The notes below the pieces were generated by a model. It was not told the origin of the DNA. It saw nothing but the letters and a program-made list of their open reading frames with translations, and did not search any database. A DNA stretch of 64,000 nt from contig JAXLNO010002078.1 of assembly GCA_038087875.1 (NCBI GenBank), forward strand, positions 1 through 64,000, in the 5' to 3' direction. Positions 59,463-64,000 of the stretch are shown piece after piece. Origin of the DNA: Malacoraja senta (taxonomy: Eukaryota). Within the stretch, counting starts at the first letter, position 1. Each line of letters begins with the position of its first letter. The position numbers and the translations under genes are program-made.

Positions 59463-62400
59463 TGCAGTATAATATAGATAATTGTGAGGTTATCCACTTT
59501 GGCGGCAAAAACAAGGGAGCAGATTATTATCTCAATGGGGTTAGGTTAGGTAAGGGGGAGGTACAGCGAGACCTGGGTGTCCTTGTACACTGAAAGTTGG
59601 CGTGCAGGTACAGCAGGCAGTGAAGAAAGCTAATGGAATGTTGGCCTTCATAACAAGAGGATTTCAGTACAGGAGTAAAAAGGTTCTTCTGCAGTTGTAT
59701 AGGGCTCTGGTGAGACCACATCTGGAGTATTGTGTACAGTTTTGGTCTCCTAATTTGAGGAAGGACATCCTTGTGATTGAGGCAGTGCAGCGTAGGTTCA
59801 CGAGATTGATCCCTGGGATGGCGGGACTATCATATGAGGAAAGATTGAAAAGACTAGGCTTGTATTCACTGGACTTCAGAAGGATGAGGGGGTTCTTATA
59901 GAAACATAAAATTATAAAAGGACTGGACAAGCTAGATGCAGGAAAAATGTTCCCAATGTTGGGCGAGTCCAGAACCAGGGGCCACAGTCTTAGAATAAAG
60001 CGGAGGTCATTTAAGACTGAGGTGAGAAAAAAACGTTTTCACCCAGAGAGTTGTGAATTTATGGAATTCCCTGCCACAGAGAGCAGTGGAGGCCAAATCA
60101 TTGGATGGATTTAAGAGAGAGTTAGATAGAGCTCTAGGGGCTAGTGGAGTCAAGGGATATGGGGAGAAGGCAGGCACGAATTATTGATGGGGGACGATCA
60201 ACCATGATCACAATGAATGGTGGTGCTGGCTCGAAGGGCCGAATGGCCTCCTCCTGCACCTATTTTCTATGTCTATGTTTCTATGTCTACGTGTCTATGT
60301 TTCTTATCAGTCGGAGGGAAGGATAGTCCTTCACAGTTGTGTCTGGGTTCTTATCTGTTGCAATCTTGCATTACAGCTGCTCTTGGTCATTATGTTTAGC
60401 AGCCAGGTCTCGCAAAGGTTAACAAATTGCCACTTTTACAAGGGGATTCCATTTGGTGGGGGAATCTGGCCATTTATGGCATCCACAGGTGAGATAAGTG
60501 GGTGGGAGAATTCCAAACAACAAGAAAGGCAAGTTTTAAGTCAACTTTGGGGAGACGTTGATTAATGATTGTTTATTTCAACTCCACAAGTAACCATTGT
60601 GTCATGAGGGTATAAGAATCCTACAGTTATTGTAGGATTTTGAAGTAGTTTGAGTTTGCTCACACTGCTTCCCGATGTATTTTGCTGAGGCCTTTATTAA
60701 ACTGACATGCTAGATAGACTCGCCACTGATCTATGAGTTTTTTCAATTTGTGTCTGTGCCTATCTGAGTAAAGTCAGATATAGACTATGGGTAAAGTACA
60801 AAATGCCCTCTAACAGAAGGTCTTTGTATCCTCAGCATCCTTCATAGTTTGTTATAGTGGAAGGCGTGTTTATAGCTTTTTATATCTATTTTACCGGTAT
60901 CATTGGATTTGTTCTGCAAATTAATACTAGTTATTTTTTAATGCATTCAAACCAAATATACTTTAATATTCCTTAATCAACTCAAATTATACCCATTATT
61001 ATCATAAGCAATGACAGACATCCAGCATTAGGTGCTTTGCTGAATATTGCACAAAATAGCATGACTAAATCTGTATTTTGTCTAATAGTTTAAATGTAAG
61101 CTGTAAGCTTTCATGTTTGTTTATATTTCCTGCAATAATATTGTCTGTGGGGAACAAAAGCTTTAAATATTGGCTTATATTCTTATTTCAAAAACTGCTC
61201 TTTCACAAAGTTGCATTTTATTATTCTCTTGAATAATAGAATATTGCACTAACTAACTGGATTTATCATTTTTTTAAGATGACAAGATGAAGCTTGTATT
61301 TTTCAGTTTGAAGCCTCTGCTTGTTTTTGGTTATGTTGAGCTTTTAGAGGATTAAGTTGCTCCTGACATAATTTTACTGGCGTGCTGCAAGTCATACTGA
61401 GCTCGGGCATTGTGGAAGAGCACATGGATGCTTGTACAGAACTGTAATATTGCTAAGTTTTAATGTTTGACAGCAGGAAGTGGCCTGCATCAGTCAGAGT
61501 ATTGAGTATAGTTGGGAGGTCATGTTGCAGTTATATAAGATGTTGGTGAGGCTGCCTTTAGAGTATAGACTTCCGGTGGCGCTATGGAGGAATAGAGGTC
61601 CGCGCCAGCTAGCTCCACGCAAAATTGTTTGAAAACGGGGAGAAAAGAACGGGACTGACCCGCTGATAACACTCTGGCTGCTTGCAACGAGTGAGTGACG
61701 TCATCAGGCGAGCGACTCCGGCGGTATGTCTGTCTAACATACCCCCCCCACCCCCAAGACGAAAAGCCCAACCGTGAAGCCCAAGGACTGAAGTCTCAGT
61801 CGGACTAGGCCCGACTGAAGCCTCGGGCTCAGTTTTAGCGTCGTCCCAGGAAGATGTTTCAAAGAAGACAAAAGTCGAAAAAAACAGAAATAGAGGAACT
61901 TCGAAGTTTTCTCTCACAAGAAATTGCAAGTATAAAGGAACAATTGAAAAGTTTTAAAGAAAAACTGAACTTTAAAGAAGAACTGCAATCCTTTAAAGAA
62001 TAAATGAAAGAAGAAATTACAAACTCTGTTCATGAAGTGTTGGAAGCCTGGAAGATAACAATGGAAGAAAATCTTACTCTACAGATCGAAGAGGTAAATG
62101 TTAAAATAAATTCGATGGAATCCAGCTTTAATTCTAAGTTGGATACCATCATCCAGACATTAAATCAACAAAATACAGCTATAACTCAATTAGAGGATAT
62201 TGCTGAGACAGTTGCCGAAACTACAAAAAAGCTTCTCTCCGAGAACAAGAGTTTATCAGACTCATTGAGTAAAATAACTGAAAAATGTATTGACTTGGAG
62301 GGACGTCAGAGACGACAAAATTTAAGAATTGTGGGCGTCCAGGAAGGCAGAGAGGGGAGCCGTGACCTCCGTGAATTTTCTGCAGACTTATTACAAAAAG

Positions 62401-64000
62401 TCTTAAATCTTGATCAAAAACCCCTACTAAGTCGGGCACACAGAGCACTGGGACGCCGCCCAAGGGCGGACGCCACCCCAAGACAACTGATAGTGAAGGT
62501 GCAATATCGCCATGTTTTGGATAATATGATGAAGAAAATCGTTCGCAACAGAGATCTCCTATTTGAAGGAGACAAGATCAGTATATTTAGAGATTATCCT
62601 GTGGAGGTCACCAGGAAGTGAGCGCTGTTTACAGAGACAAGAAGAATACTTAAGAATATACAAGATCTGAGATTATGGACTGATGTATCCCGCAACACTG
62701 AGTTACCTACAAGAGGAAGGAATATTTCTTCACTGACCACAAGGAAGCACTTGATTTTGCCCTGGACATTGAGAATAACACCGATGATTGAACAATACTT
62801 GTGAGATTCAAAATCACAAACGCTTTTAGAGACAATGTCGGCAAAGAAGCTTTTTATTCAAATCATATTCTGCAGAATAGGTGCCTCTCCTCTGATGTCC
62901 CCTAGAGGCACACCGAGGATCGGGATGTCTTCTATCTTTATACATTTCATGGGTATCATTGTCACACCCTCATCCCTCCCCATTGTGCTTCTTCCAATCA
63001 TAACATAAAGCCCACATTCCCACGAGAACGTCCTGGAACGTCCACCCGACGTCAAAGACACCTCCCATATCATGCATCGCATGTGCATTTAAATGGGACA
63101 TCTTGTCATAGTGGGTTCTTGTCTAAATCAACTTATACCTATTAACCCCTTCCTCACAATCCACACTTTTACTTTTGCTACTGCAATCTTTGATTTAGAC
63201 TATCTGCCCCTTCTCTAATGCTAGCAGCAGAATCTTCGCCTCCTTATCTTCCTCTCGCTGGTCATACTTTGTTTTAAATAGGCACAGCAACCCCATCATA
63301 ACTACCACTGATGTTAGGGCTGATGTAAAGATGTGCTTCCATTTCCCAAACCAGGAGTCTAGCGGTCCAGGAGGTGTCTACTCCGGAGATCTCGGGCAAT
63401 TCGATAGACAGGGAGGTGAGACCTGCTAGGGCTCTCGATACTGACCCATCAGGAGCAGTGTTGTTGGGGATGAAGGTGCAACATTGTTCCCCAAACATTA
63501 CACACACCCCTCCCTTCTCAGCCAGTGGCATGTCTAAGGCCATGCGATTTTGCCAGGCCATTAGGCTGGTATCTGTCAGTTGTTCCGCTAATCCTTCAAC
63601 CGCATCTCGAGTGTAATTTATAAAGCGTTGTTGATTGTAGTATAGGTAGTTGATCCAGTCCACATTTTTATTAAGTGTGGACCACCAGAAGAGTATGGAC
63701 TCAAAGCCCGCAGCTATCTGGTTTCTGGCTTTGAATTCATCGGGTACCCCTCTTGGCACCCCTATCGCATCTATATATATGTGTGTGTTGAAGTGTCTGT
63801 CCTTCGGCCCTTTGTATTGTTGTTGCTAGCCGGGAATAGGTAATGATAACTCTGGCAGGTCGCATCCTTTGGTAGGATGGAATTCGTGAATAGCTGTAGT
63901 ATACATGACATAGCCCCAGGTGTCCTATCCCAATTCAAGGGAAATGGTTCTGGAACCAGCTGAGGCTTAGCTCCGGCACAGGCGTAGCAATTGGTGTGTT
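56630..64000 (+). repeat. Segmental/tandem duplication, copy 2 (continues right of window)
   Basis: Same order of hAT-like element, CR1, unique AT-rich DNA, L1 5'UTR/ORF1, LTR and env as 1-6819; the ORF translations are almost identical. Confidence 0.95.
61569..62799 (+). mobile_element. L1-A 5'UTR and ORF1, duplicate copy
   Basis: Identical structure to 4219-5449, including the same disabling stops. Confidence 0.9.

Overview
Vertebrate, repeat-dense genomic DNA, almost certainly from a cartilaginous fish and probably a skate or ray. The basis is an IgW/IgNAR-type constant exon plus elasmobranch-type CR1 tails; no database search was run. Most of the window is nested mobile elements: several CR1 families, two L1 families, a Tx1 fragment, Rex1/Babar LINEs, retroviral remnants, a CsRN1-like Ty3/Gypsy 5' end, hAT-like and Harbinger-like non-autonomous DNA transposons, and ~90-130 bp elements carrying a hammerhead-ribozyme-like core. 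One full-length L1 (4219-34863, flanked by AGAGTAT) has been inflated to ~30.6 kb by successive insertions. Positions 1-6819 recur at 56630-64000, implying a ~57 kb tandem unit or a haplotype artefact. Only two host-gene pieces are supported: an isolated immunoglobulin heavy-chain C1-set exon (44578-44895), and a CpG-island promoter with a 27-codon coiled-coil-like first exon (47850-48095). There is a 205-N assembly gap at 17748-17952. No rRNA, tRNA, CRISPR array or convincing V(D)J recombination signal was found. Boundaries without a stated TSD or junction are approximate.
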